Translations under genes and position numbers: made by a program
Part shown: piece after piece, positions 10,856 through 24,609 of the stretch
Numbering within the stretch: position 1 is the stretch's first letter
Layout of the letters: each line of letters starts with the position of its first letter
Assembly: GCA_964016885.1 (NCBI GenBank)
Contig: OZ024753.1
Coordinates: forward strand, 28,892,001-28,956,000
Reading direction: 5' to 3'
DNA from: Eledone cirrhosa
Lineage: Eukaryota
DNA length: 64,000 nt
Notes under the pieces: generated by a model
Database searches by the model: none
What the model was told of the DNA's origin: nothing
What the model saw: only the letters and a program-made list of their open reading frames with translations

Positions 10856-13463
10856 ACTACTTAATTATTGCTGGCGATCTAAACGGTCACGTTGGACAAC
10901 TTAGTGATGGCTATGAGGTTGGAAATAGAAATGAGGAGGGCTTCAGAATACTGGAATTCTGTGACGCAAATAGCCTAACTATCTGTAACACAAACTTCAA
11001 AAAACGTGAAAACCACTTGATCACCTACAGATCAGAGGAACACACCAGCCAGATAGATTATATCCTTACTAGAAGACGGGACAAAGTGTTTGTTGTAAAC
11101 ACTAAATCCCTCCCCCGTGAAGAATGCACCTCCCAACATAGCCTAGTAGTTAGTGACCTCATTGTCATGAATAGACGTACTCGAAGACAGAGGAGCCCTA
11201 CCTTGAAGAGAAGAATATGGAAGTTGAAGGACCCCATAGCCAGTGACAAATTTAAAAGCTTATTACTTGATGCCTTTGACAATAAGGAAGAGCAATTAGA
11301 GACGTGCGATATAGAGGAACAGTAGCAATTCTTAAAAGTGAACCTGCTCAAAGCAACGGATGAAATCTGTGGCTGGAGCAGACCTATTGGCAGGAGGAGA
11401 GTAACTTGGTGGTGGAACAGTAAGGTGGAAGAGACAATCAAGGCAAAAAAGCAGGCTTGGAAAGTATGGCAGGATGGGGGAAGTAGAGAGCACTATCAAG
11501 TGGTCAGGAGAGAAGCTAGGAGACAAGTATACCTTGCAAAAAGGGTAGCAGATGATAGAAAGTTCAAGCATGTTCTACAACGTGAGGACCAAAAATGTGA
11601 GGTGTTCAGGATTGCCAGGCAATGTGTCAAGGAAAACCGTGATATTTTCGGGGAGAAGTGTGTCCATAATAATAACGGTGTACTTTCCCTCACTGATAAG
11701 AAGATAGCCTGGAAGTGTCACTACGAGAGACTATTAAATGAGGAGAATAAATGGGAAAAAGATAGTCTGCCCCAAATCGATCCAATAGAAGGACCAGTGG
11801 TGCAAGTTAAAGGTAGTATAATAAGTAAGGCAATCAAAGATATGAAGACAGGCAAGGCAGCTGGGCCTTCGGAGATAGTTGCTGAGATGTTGAAGGCATC
11901 TGGTATGGTGGGACACACTATGGTCACCTGTATAGTTAACCAAGTAATACAGAATGGGGTCATACCGAAAGACTGGCATAGCAGCATCATCATTAACTGC
12001 TACAAGGGTAAAGGGGATGCTCTAGATAGGGGAAACTATAGAGGCATTAAGTTAGTTGACCAGGTCATGAAGGTCACAGAAAGAGTTATAGCGCAACTAA
12101 TCAGAGAGCGAATTGATCTAGATGAAATGCAGTTTGGGTTTGTGTCAGGTAAAAGTACCACAGATGCTCTTTTCCTTGTACGACAACTACAAGAGAAGTA
12201 CCTAGCTAAAAGTAAACCCCTCTACTTAGCTTTTGTAGACCTGGAGAAAGCCTTTGGCAGAGTTCCCCGCTCCATTATCTGGTGGGCTCTTAGAAATCTA
12301 GGTGTAGATGAACGGCTTGTGAGAGCTATACTAGCTATGTATAAAGAAACAGTCAGTAAGGTTAAAATTAACAATGAATATTGTGAAGAATTTAGTGTAA
12401 AAGTTGGCGTTCATCAAGGCTCTGTCCTTAGCCCCCTCCTATTTATTATTGCCCTTCAGGCTATAACAGAGGAGTTCAAGACCGGCTGCCCATGGGAACT
12501 CCTATACGCAGATGATCTAATGCTCATAGCTGAATCAATGGCTGAACTAGAGAAGAAATTCCAAACATGGCTTAGAATCAAAAGGCCTTAAAGTTAACTT
12601 GTCTAAGACTAAAGTTCTAGTTTGTAGAAAGGAAAATAGGGCACAGGTGATCTCAGGGAAATGGCCATGCTCAGTGTGTAGGAAAGGAGTAGGCAGAAAT
12701 TCCTTTTTATGTCCCAAATGCAAAGTATGGGTACATAAAAGATGTAGTGGGATCACAGGTAAACTATCTAAGAACGTAGACAAAGTATAAATGAACTAAG
12801 TGAGAAATTAGGAATAAGAGGGATCAGATGCTGTTTACTTGAGAGAAGACTATGTTGGTATGGTCACGTGATGCGCATGAAAGATGACAGCTGCATAAAA
12901 AAGTGCAGGGTGATCAAAATTGATGGTAGTTACGGAGTAGGTAGGCCCAGAAAAAACTGGGATGATCTGATAAATTCCGACCTTACACACTTGCACCTCT
13001 CTAAGACAATGTCACTGGACCGAAATCTTTGGCGCTACGCAGTAATACAGAAGACACGCCTTGCCTATGTACAAAGTGAAACCTACAGTCAGTAGGCGCC
13101 TCTTAACCAAATATACACCCCACTCCTTGCTCCCACTTCCACCAACACGACCCTTTCTCTGTAAAGTTGGTACCACAACATCCAGTCCAAATAAATGAGA
13201 TAATGAGATCGAGATCGTGTAGGTGTCACGACAAAAAAACACACAGTCCACGCTGTAATGTGGCCGTGTAGGTAACACGGTAAAAGGTTCCCAGTCCACA
13301 CTGTAAATGTGGTTGGTGTTAGGAAGAGTATCCAGCCGTAGAAAACCTGCCAGATAGTCCTATATGAGCGTGACACGGTCACCCGACCAACCTTGCCTCA
13401 AGTGGGACAACTCCCGTCTAACCCATGCTAGTGTGGAAGATGGACGTTTAACGATGATAATGA
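10856..13463 (+). mobile_element. RTE-clade LINE copy 2 (degraded; C-terminal APE + RT + partial PHD + 3' UTR + GAT tail)
   Basis: [21 protein letters not shown] (APE). TAG at 11323-11325. RT 11338-12591. 8-bp deletion near 12570 and ~385-bp deletion near 12781 relative to copy 1. Tail GATGATAATGAT runs into (TA)n. Confidence 0.93.
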
Positions 13464-13804
13464 TATATATATATATACATAGATATATACACACATAAAT
13501 ATATATACACATATATATATACACATATACATACACATATACATATACACACATATATATATATGCACACACATATACATATATATATATATACACATAT
13601 ATATATATATATATATATATACACTACACACATATATATATATACTACACACATATATATATATACACACACATATATATATATACACATATATACACAT
13701 ATGCATATATATACACACATATCTACATACACATATATATATGCACACACATATATATATATGTATATATATATATATGTGTATATATGTATATATATAT
13801 ATAT

Positions 13805-15098
13805 TGCTACAAAGGTAAAGGGGATGCTCTGGAGAGGAGCAATTATAGGGGTATAAAACTGATGGATCAGGTTATGAAAGTGGCAGAAAGGATATTAGCA
13901 CAACTAATTAGAGAAAGGGTCAAACTAGATGAGATGCAGTTTGGTTTTGTGCAACAGATGCCCTCTTCTTGGTGAGACAATTACAGGAGAGGTTCTTAGA
14001 GAAGAATAAGCCACTATACTTAGCTTTTGTTGACCTAGAGAAGGCCTTTGATAGGGTACTCCAATCTGTCATCTGGTGGTCCCTAAGGAAACTAGGTGTT
14101 GAGGAATGGCTTGTGAGGACAGTGCAAACTTTGAATAGAGGTGCTGTCAGTAAAATGAGGGTAGGAATGGAGTTTAGTGAGGAATTCCAGATACATACAG
14201 GAGTACATCAGGGTTTGGTCCTCAGTCCGCCCTTGTTCATTATAGTCTTCCAAGCCATAACAGAGGAGTTTAAGACTGGCTGTCCATGGGAACTTCTCTA
14301 TGCTGACGATCTGGTTCTTATAGCAGAATCAGTAGAGAAGCTAGAGAATAAATTCTGGCTATGGAAACAGCAGTTGGAATCAAGAGGACTGAGAGTGAAC
14401 CTAGCTAAGACAAAAGGGTTTGACCCTTTCTCTAATTAGTTGTGCTAATATCCTTTCTGCCACTTTCATAACCTGATCCATCAGTTTTATACCCCTATAA
14501 TTGCTCCTCTCCAGAGCATCCCCTTTACCTTTATAGCAATTTATGAGAATACTGCTGCACCAGTCTTTGGGTATGACACCGCCATATATAGCCTGATTGA
14601 TGATGCGTGTAACCAGTTTAGTGCCTACGTCCCTTGATGCCTTCAGCATCACAGCAACTATCCCCAACGGTCCAGCGGCCTTACTATTTTTCATTTCCTT
14701 AATCGCCTCTTGGACCCTGTATTCGTCAATCTCAATAGCTGGTCCCTCTGTCGGATGTACTGAGGGTAATTTCTCTCTCTCCCACTCGTTCTCCACATTC
14801 ATCAGTGTCTCATAATGGCATTTCCAGGCCTCCTTTTTCTGATCATTCGTGACACTAAGTACACCGGCATCATCCCGGACACATTTATCTCCAACAACAT
14901 CCTGATTTGCATTGACACACTGCCTTGCAATGTGGAACACCGCACGCCTCTGATCTTCCTGTCACAGAACATTGGCAAACCTCCTACTCTCTGCCTCCCT
15001 GCGTCCTAAATACACCTGACCTTCTAGCTTCTCTCTTAGCGGCTGTATATCCTTCCCTACTCCCACCCTTTTTCCAAGCCTTCCATGCTACTCTTTTG
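13805..15098. mobile_element. Rearranged fragments of a second RTE subfamily: + 13805-14416 joined to - 14417-15098
   Basis: Both pieces encode RTE RT segments. [24 protein letters not shown] is present in both orientations. Flanked by TA/TG tracts. Confidence 0.9.
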
Positions 15099-15789
<691 letters not shown>

Positions 15790-16100
15790 CATCATCATCA
15801 TCATCAACGTTTAACGTTCGTGTTCCATGCTTGCATGGGTTTGGACGGGGGGTTTTCCCACTTGAGGCAAGAGTGGTTGTCTTGCTCGCATAGGACTGTC
15901 TGGCAGGTTTTCTACAGCTGGATGCCCTTCCTAACACCAACCACATTTACAGTGTGGGTCTGGGAGGTTTTTACCGTGTTACCTACACGGCCACATTACA
16001 GCATGGACTGTGTGTTTTTTTGTCGTGACACCTACACGATCTCATTTGTTTCGGCCTGGATGGTGTGGCACCAACACAACTTTACATAGAAGGGGGCGGT
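15790..16100 (-). mobile_element. RTE 3' UTR-only insertion (~310 bp)
   Basis: Near-identical to 3365-3680, with (CAT)n tail, inside (TA)n. Confidence 0.9.
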
Positions 16101-16345
16101 GTGTGTATATATATATATGTGTATATATATATATATATGTGTTTATATATATATATATATATGTGTATATATATATATATGTGTATATATATATATATGT
16201 GTATATATATATATATATATATGTGTATATATATATGTGTGTATATATATATATATATGTGTTTATATATATATATATATGTGTATATATATATATATGT
16301 GTATATATATATATACTTATATATGTGTATATATATATATATGTG

Positions 16346-16376
<31 letters not shown>

Positions 16377-16571
16377 GTGTGTATATATATATATGTGTGT
16401 ATATATATATATGTGTATGTATATATATATATGTGTATATATATATATGTGTATATATATATATATATTTGTGTGTATGTATATATATATGTGTGTGTAT
16501 GTATATATATATATTTGTGTGTATATATATATATATATGTGTATATATATATATATATTTGTGTGTATATA

Positions 16572-16602
<31 letters not shown>

Positions 16603-16752
16603 TTAACATATATAGCAATATATTACATTACATTATACATAGCTCATACAATACATATACACACATACACACACACGCACACACATTTATATGCATAAAC
16701 ATAAACATTCATATGTGAAACCTGATCTTTTTGTGATATTTCAGAATTCAAG

Positions 16753-16965
16753 ATGAATAAGCTGCAAGAAGGGCTGCAACAACAACGGAAGATTGTGGAG
16801 CAGCTGCGTCTGGAAGCTGCTATTAACCGGATGCGAGTGTCCGAGTGCATAGAAGATATCAAGAAATTCACGGACACGCGTCTAGAAGAGGATTATTTAA
16901 TTAAAGGCTTCCCCCGACCTGGTGACAACCCATTTAAAGAGAAAGGTAGCTGCACAATATTGTAA
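16753..16965 (+). CDS. GNG: Heterotrimeric G protein gamma subunit (70 aa)
   Basis: QRKIVEQLRLEAAINRMRVSEC..DYLI..DNPFKEKGSCTIL gives the GGL domain, NPF motif and CAAX (CTIL). Splice acceptor CTTTTTGTGATATTTCAG ends at 16744, 8 nt before the ATG. AATAAA signals follow at ~17138-17160 and further downstream. Confidence 0.95.
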   Translation: MNKLQEGLQQQRKIVEQLRLEAAINRMRVSECIEDIKKFTDTRLEEDYLIKGFPRPGDNPFKEKGSCTIL

Positions 16966-17389
16966 GGGTGGCCATCTAGTGTTTGTACTAACAAACACTC
17001 ACTTGCGCACATGCACACATACACACATTCACACACATATATACACCCACACATATGCATACATGTATTCGATATACATTGATATGTTTGTATATCAAAA
17101 TATTTGCATCATTAAAGAAAAATTGGAAAAAAAAGTTTAATAAAATGATTTAATAATAAAATCAATTCCCCTCCCCCCAAAATATTTTATTAAGATGCAG
17201 AAAAAAAAACAACAAAATAAGGGTTTCTAAAAAGCCAGAAGCATTTGGGTTGGTCTAAACCCAGAAGAGCCAAATCACCCACTCCCCTCTTGAGAATGTT
17301 AAGAGACAGTTCTTACAAAAGGCAACATTCATTTTGTATCATGGGAAAAAAAAAATAATAACCATTTAACTGAACCGAACTTTTAATTT

Positions 17390-17721
17390 TGAAATGCCAC
17401 TTGTCTATGTTTGTCATAGATGTAATACCTCTGGTCACATTTATTGAGGAAAAAATTTATTTGGTAAAAATACCATTGGTCATATCTTGGACAAAATGCT
17501 ATTGCTCAAGATATCTCAGCGATAAAATGTAAATGCCATTAGTTAGAGTGTTTTGCTTCTACTGGAATTCCATTGGTCAATGTTTTATCTGCTGAAATGC
17601 CACTGGTTTAATGTTTTGTTTCTGCTGTAAGGCCATTGGTGGAAGCAGTTGCTGCTTAAAATGCCATAGGCCAGTGTTTTATTTCTGCTGTAATGCCATT
17701 GGTTAGTGTATGATTTTTTTT

Positions 17722-17776
<55 letters not shown>

Positions 17777-17850
17777 TTGCTGAGTTCCCTTCCATTGGTG
17801 AACCCTGGCTGAAATACCAATTGTTAGTGTTTTATGTTGGCAGAAATGAG
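17390..17850 (+). repeat. Degenerate ~33-40 bp tandem repeat (AAATGCCATTGGT..TGTTTT..CTGCTG) downstream of the G-gamma stop
   Basis: About ten recognisable CCA(T/C)T(G/A)GT-centred units, interrupted by (TAT)n at 17728-17775. Confidence 0.6.
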
Positions 17851-18176
17851 TGGATGTCTAAATTAAATGAATGGCAAGAAAAGAAAAAATGGTTACAACA
17901 AATAAATAAACTGCCTATTGTTTTGTGCTGTTTCCATAGATATTGTATGCATTCTAAATCCCTTTAGCTACTTATTCTTTCATTTCTTCTCCCTTCTTCC
18001 TTCTTTCCTCTTCTCGCCCCCTCTCCTCCTTATTTTGAGTTCATCTCTCATTCTTGAACAATTTTGTTAATTCCTAATATCTCTTTTTTTCGTTTATAAT
18101 TAAGATTTCATTATCTGTCTTAAAGCTTCATACCAGCAGATTCTCATTAAAGCATATATATATATATACATAATAT

Positions 18177-18207
<31 letters not shown>

Positions 18208-19360
18208 CATACTATATATAAATATAAATATATATATATATACATAATATATATAAATATAAATATATATATATATACATAATATATATAAATATAAATA
18301 TATATATATATACATAATATATATAAATATAAATATATATATACATAATATATATAAATATAAATATATATATATATACATACACTTCATTGTTTTGTTC
18401 TCATTTTATCCTCTTTTACTTTTGTTCTTTTTTATTTTTTTATTTCTTTCTTGATTTCCTTTTCTCCTCTCATCCACCATATGGTACAATTTGATACATG
18501 ATGAGTAATTTTTAGTCATCTTGGATATTAGGGAGTAAAAGATAAAAAATAATTGGGCCAAAAATTAAACTACCTTTAAAAGAAAAAAGAAAAAAATATA
18601 TAAAAAGAAAATCAGAAAAAAAAAACATAACAAAAAAATTTTAAGCTTTTTACTATATTAATTTTTACTAAATCATTAATAAAACAGCTAACTTAATAAA
18701 TCTCTGTTAAAAGAGACTTAGTTTAAATGATGTACAAATTCAGTGAGAGAAAAACGCTTCAGTATTTCGGTGTGTGAAATAAGTTAATAATAGTGTTTCA
18801 TTTGTGTGTGTGTGTGTATGTATGTAAGTTAACAGTAAACCACTTAAAATGCCACAGAAATAAATTGAGTGGCTAGGTTTGAATCATGTATGTGTGCTTA
18901 TGAAAGAAAGACACTGTGTGTTTTGATGGTAGCCTGTTAAAATGCCCAACACCAACAGAAACAGGTATTGTAAAATGTGAGTGATGGTGTTTAAATAATA
19001 TTGTTTGGCTGTGTGTCTAAAGGTTACACTTATTTAAATTGCCCAACAACCATATCAAGTTGTTGTGTGTGAATGAGTGAGAAAGACAGAATTTAAATAA
19101 TACTAATAATAATAATGATGATTCTATTCGAATTTCCAGCAGTGAGAGATACAAGCAGTTTTTGTCTACTTTCATCTTCTATTCTGTCTGTCTTTTGTCC
19201 TTTTTCCTTATCTTATGTGTGCTTACTCTTAGTCTGTGTGGGGATAAGGGTTTGTGTTTGAACCTTTGGGTCACACACTCCACTTCCTGATATTGGTTAG
19301 TAGGGTTAGGGGGGGTAGGGATATCGAAATAAAAAAAAAAAACTTTCAAGATTCAGTTTG

Positions 19361-19391
<31 letters not shown>

Positions 19392-19591
19392 GATGCTGAT
19401 AAAAGATATCTATCTACTGTAACAGTCTCCTGCTCCACCTATTCATCACATCTCACATATTCATTGCAGATGGAACTCCACACTTGTTACAAGAAATGTC
19501 CTCCTCAGTTCTCATGTTGTCCTGTTTTAAATTTTGTTTTTCTTTCTTTCTTTTTCCACACACACACACTCACTCACACATACACATATAT

Positions 19592-19678
<87 letters not shown>

Positions 19679-20449
19679 TCTTCACCTCTCTTTCTCTCTT
19701 CCACACACAAAGGCATTAACTCTCCTATACAAACACACATGCTCTCTCCCTCTCTCTCTCTCCCTCTCTCCAACACACTATACCCTCCACACAAACAAAC
19801 ACACACACCATCCACCCAAGTGACTCTTTATCATACCCACCTTATCCCCTTCATCCATGAGTTCCCATGTACTCTCTCTCTCCATCTCTCCCTTACATAC
19901 AAACACATTTGCATACACAAACACATTTGCATACACAAACACATTCGCACACAAACACATTCACATACACACACATTCGCATAAACACATTCGCATACAC
20001 ACATTTGCATAAACACATTAGCATAAACACATTCGCATACACACATTCGCATACACACATTCGCATACACACATTCGCATACACACATTCACACACACAC
20101 ACACATTCACATAAACACTCAGATATTAAATAATTAATCTTATTGAATTTTTTTTTTTTTTGCTTTCCTGATTTCTTTATTCCCTTTAAGAAATAAAAAA
20201 AACAGTTTGTCTTTGTGCTTATGTAAGCAATTGTTATTTTTTTATTCTTCTTGTTACCGTTGTTATCATTATTATTATTATTATTATTATTTTAGGGATA
20301 ATGGATGGTAGAATCTGTAGAAAACCCAGACAAAATTGTCTCCTGGTATTTAATTATGCTGGGGTCAGTATTTAGTTGACTATATTCCTCCTCCATAATA
20401 ATTTATGACTTTGTTATTTAAGAAAAAGATTATCGTTATTATTATTGCC

Positions 20450-20810
20450 AAGGTAAGCTTCATCTTTTATCCTTACAGGGTCGATAAACTAAAGTACTAA
20501 ACACACTGGGGTCGATTTAATTGATTTTCTCCTCCCCCAAAATTGCTGGCCTTATGCCTAAATCAGAAACCATTATTATTATTATAGTTAGGGTGGTGGA
20601 TTGGCAGTATGAGTAGAGCATCAGACAACATGCTTTGCAGCATAGTGTTACACCCCTTTACATTCTGAGTTCAAATCCCGCCGAGGTTAACTTTGCCTTA
20701 CATCCTTATGGGGTCGATGAAATAAAGTACCAGTAATGCACTGGGGTCGATTTAATCAACTTTGCCCTCCCCTCAAATAGTTGGCCTTGTGTCTATAGTA
20801 GAAATCATTA
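20450..20810 (+). mobile_element. tRNA-derived SINE, one partial plus one full copy
   Basis: GAGTTCAAATCCC B-box, core GCCTTACATCCTTATGGGGTCGATGAAATAAAGTACCAG, (ATT)n tails. Confidence 0.8.
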
Positions 20811-20952
20811 TTTCATGATGAAGGTAGAGCTGGTAGACTGGCTGGATAAAAAGTTTGCTTCCAAAACTACAGGACTTGAGGCTCAAATCCACCATATGGT
20901 ACATTGATAAAGTCTTTTCTTCTGTAGATTTCAGTTGATTAATATTGTTTTA

Positions 20953-21170
20953 CCCTTTAGCATTTAAATCAGCTTTATCCAGCCAGATTTCTCTTACCTC
21001 CTCCTGTTGAAACCACCAGTAACCGGCTGCTCATACTTATATTAAGGTGTTGTGCTCAAAATAATATCAAAATCTCATAGATTCGATATTATGTGAGAAA
21101 ATGTATGTACGATAAAGCCTTTACCACAAGAATACAATAGTAAATATAGAGTAATGTAAATGCTAAAGGG
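20953..21170. mobile_element. piggyBac-like MITE, copy 2
   Basis: TIR CCCTTTAGCATTTA / TAAATGCTAAAGGG followed by TTAA. Confidence 0.7.
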
Positions 21171-21429
21171 TTAAGTGAAATTTGGTTTAAAAAACTGGTG
21201 GATAACATACATATAGGATGAAGACATTTAAAACATTTTGTCTTACACGTGTTTGAACAGGAGAAATAGGAGTTCAGAAAATGGCAAGAATTTCGTTTAA
21301 GCATTGTTTTTAATATATAGAAATATATCTTTATATTATAATCTGAGCACTAATTTGATGAATTTACCATACCACTTAATTTTGATAGGTTTTGGCCAGT
21401 ATTGGCCCAGGCCATGTCTAACTTAACCG

Positions 21430-21625
21430 CATCATCTGGTGAAGTCTTTCAAATCAGGATTTGGACACCATGGCCCACTCAAGTAGAGAGTTATTGTTTA
21501 TGGAGACATATCTGGCTGTGGGAGGTTTATCCAAGATTTCTTGAAGGAATTTGTCGAAAGACTTCTTGAACTTTATTGGGTCTGTTTCTGTTTTAATGTT
21601 TTGGTGTAATGTTAAAGAGAGCAGG
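21430..21625 (-). mobile_element. CR1/L2-like LINE ORF2 C-terminal fragment
   Basis: IKTETDPIKFKKSFDKFLQEILDKP..Y....NSL resembles the CR1-group terminal FK..LD.FL..I.D.P motif. Confidence 0.55.
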
Positions 21626-22247
21626 GCCAATTGAGGTGAAATAATTATTGTTGTTAATTTCATATCCTGAGAGGTTTGAAAAAATACAAAAATATAGGAG
21701 TAGAGACAAATATCACAATATTATTAGGATAACTGAAAAAGAACTATATTATTACTAGGATTTTTCTCTACATGCTGATGTGTATGTGCATATGCATACA
21801 TTTATATGTATGCGTATATAAGTATAAAAACACACACACACCACACACATATATATGTATGTCCCCCACGCCCCAGATCTGTACATTATTGCCTCTAACA
21901 CTTGCAGATTCCAATAAACAACAAATACGACATAAATTAACTCCCTTCACCTGATATGTTTAATTTTAAAACAGAGTTGCCTCTCATCTATACTCTTACA
22001 TGACTAATCATTAATTATTATTGCTCTTGTTTTGGAACTCTTTTATAAGCAAAAACCATTTTAACATGTCCAAACTGATGAACAGTGAGGGTCTATTTAG
22101 ATCCTTCTGTATACACACACATATATATATATCTTGAGTTGATTCTTTCTATCAGTAAGTACATTTATTATTATCATTATATATATGTACATGATACTAG
22201 TTGTTTCTATATATGAAAAATACATTTTTGAACATCTTTTGAATTTG

Positions 22248-22299
<52 letters not shown>

Positions 22300-22527
22300 C
22301 AATTATTGCACCTTAGTGCACAGACATGGAGTAGAAACCAACAATTTCATTTGGTCCACGCTGAATTGTTTACACCTGCACATAATCCTGAAATTACCAC
22401 TAATATCTAAATGTGTACCCTCTGAATCACGGACTGGTGCTTTGGAAGTCTAAGTCCCGTGAATTCATTGAGCAATTGGGTAAGTTCAACGTACTAGCAC
22501 AAACTCAGTTTGTCTAGTTCAAAAACT

Positions 22528-22567
<40 letters not shown>

Positions 22568-22747
22568 AACCCTCTAAAATATGGAAAAAGATGTACATCA
22601 ATACTCATTTTTTCCATTTCTTAGAGGGTTCTAAACCCCACTTTCAGGCTTAAATTTCTTAAGTAAAAAAAATACGGCAAATTCTTCTAATTCTAATTTC
22701 AAACTCCATGACTGTTTCAAAACATACATACATACATATATATATAA

Positions 22748-22945
22748 AGGGGTTACACAACAGTTAGTTCACCATACTGAGAACAATTGTTTCACCTTAG
22801 CGGATCCTCAGCTCGTAATGGACATGGTTATACCCGTATAACCATGTCCATTACGAACTAACTGTTGTGTAACCACTTCTAACTCATCCCATGGACTGAG
22901 TGCTCTACCACTACAGATATTACCTTCCAGTGTTCTACCACTATA
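22748..22945. mobile_element. Mini Penelope-like 3'-end foldback (family C) in (TA)n
   Basis: 20-bp IR 22751-22770/22855-22874, a 21-bp perfect hairpin 22813-22856, a hammerhead on -, and a tail homologous to 6093-6170. Confidence 0.7.
22779..22814 (-). ncRNA. Minimal type I hammerhead ribozyme (palindromic stem III CAATTG)
   Basis: GAG-CTGAGGA-TCCGCTAAGGT-GAAA-CAATTG-TT-CTC: stem I GAG/CTC, core CUGANGA...GAAA, cleavage triplet GUU. Confidence 0.7.
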
Positions 22946-22964
22946 TATATATATATATATATAT

Positions 22965-23245
22965 AAGTTTATCTCGGGTTCAATCGGGGGTAACCACAGT
23001 AAGTAAGGTACTCAATACATAGCAGAGTATAAATATTTAATATAGAAATGGCTTCTACAGGACTAGAACTGTTTCATTCCAGAGAAATCATCAGGAAGAT
23101 GACTGTCCAAGTAATATGGTAGTATTTATATCTTTTCTGGTGGTAGGAGAGGGTGGTGATTGGGATGGGTGAAGGTCATTGGTTGATGGATTTAAAGAAA
23201 AGGGAATTGTTTAAAAAACTATATTTAGAGTGTGTATGGAGGAGG
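22965..23245 (-). mobile_element. Penelope-like pseudo-LTR fragment (family B subfamily)
   Basis: Colinear with 40757-41000. Has CCAAT, TATA and hammerhead. Starts in (TA)n. Confidence 0.85.
23052..23098 (-). ncRNA. Type I hammerhead ribozyme (family B)
   Basis: CTTC-CTGATGA-TTTCTCTGGAAT-GAAA-CAG TTCTAGTC CTG-TA-GAAG. Confidence 0.85.
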
Positions 23246-23254
23246 AATATCAGA

Positions 23255-23370
23255 TGTAGTGTTGGCGAATTTCGGGAAGCATGGAAGTTTTGAAGGATGC
23301 AGTGTCCCGACAGCTAACAACTAATGCAGGTAGTTTGTTCCATGCTTCAGCAACTCTGAGCATGAAAGAG
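23255..23370 (-). mobile_element. CR1-like LINE ORF2 C-terminal fragment
   Basis: Minus-strand translation FMLRVAEAWNKLPALVVSCRDTASFK matches the CR1 RV...WN.LP..VV......SFK motif. Confidence 0.65.
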
Positions 23371-23469
23371 ATTGTGTATTCTTCTTCTAAATAATTAAGT
23401 ATGAATCCATTTACTCATGTTCCAGTGTATCACACATACTTATTTGATATTTAAATAGTATGCGGGCTT

Positions 23470-23795
23470 GTGAAGGTGCATGGCTTTGTGGTTAGTAGGT
23501 TACTTGGCTCACAATCGTAAGGTCATGAGTTCGATTCCCAGCAGCACATTGGGTCTTTGAGCAAGACACTTTATTTCACATTGATCCAGTTTCCTCAGCT
23601 GGCAAGTGTGAATTGTACCTGTAATTCAAAGGGCCAGCCTTGTCACATTCTTTGTCACGCTGAATCTCCCCAAGAACTACATTAAGGGTATGCGTGTCTG
23701 TTGAATGCTCAGCCACTTGCATGTTAATTTCATGAGCAGGCTGTTCTGTTGATTGCATCAACTGGAACACTTGTCATCGTAACCAACATAGTGCC
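23470..23795 (+). mobile_element. tRNA-derived SINE with CORE-like CTTGAGCAAGACACTT domain
   Basis: A-box-like TGGCTTTGTGG, B-box GAGTTCGATTCC. Colinear with 24980-25295. Confidence 0.85.
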
Positions 23796-24609
23796 TAGAA
23801 AGGAAATGCAGGTTAAGGTTGTTTTTAGTATTAGGCTCCTTTCATCTATATATAGCCAGCCTTAGTAAATATGTATTTTCTAATCAACCACTAATATAAG
23901 AAACTATTCAACAAAAATTATATTTAACTGAGTTAGGTCTGTGCTTGCTACCAATATGAAAAAGAACTTAGACATTTATAAAACAACTAAATTAACAGAG
24001 CCCAACACTAAAGCTATTATATGTAGTAGGAGTCAATATTAATAAATTTTAACATCATAAATAAACACTGTTTAAGGATTTAAAGTCTGTAAAGATTGAT
24101 ACTTCATCATTCATCTCTCTACAAAATTCTAGAAAGAAATTATAGATTGGCAGAATTGGTAGAGTAGGAGACAAAATGTCTTGTAATATTTAGTTCCATC
24201 TTTTAAGGATGTAAAGGTTGATACTTAATCATTTGTCACTCTGCAAATTTCTATAAAAGAGGATTAGAAATGTGACAAATCTATCCAGTTACATCTGTAG
24301 TTTGAAAAAACATGACATTGTTCTTTAATGTCAAGTAGAAAAATCTCAAGAAATGCAGACGATAGAGAGAGTTGTAGGTTATACATAGCTAGAAAGAGCC
24401 ACATGCTCCAAAACCATATCAAACTTGCAGAATTTGTCATCAAATATACCCTACACTAGCAAGCTCTTTATAAAATACTGGAAAATCATACCACCACTAG
24501 ATTGAATGGCTAAATAATGGGAATTTGCAAATATTCTCTAACAATATACTCATCTATAACTTATATCTTTCAGATATTTAACCTTCCATATTGAATTCTA
24601 TAGGCGGCT

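Noticed and set aside
23470-23545. tRNA genes at A/B-box motifs (also 20590, 24980, 39840)
   Set aside because: No cloverleaf; each continues into a SINE body.
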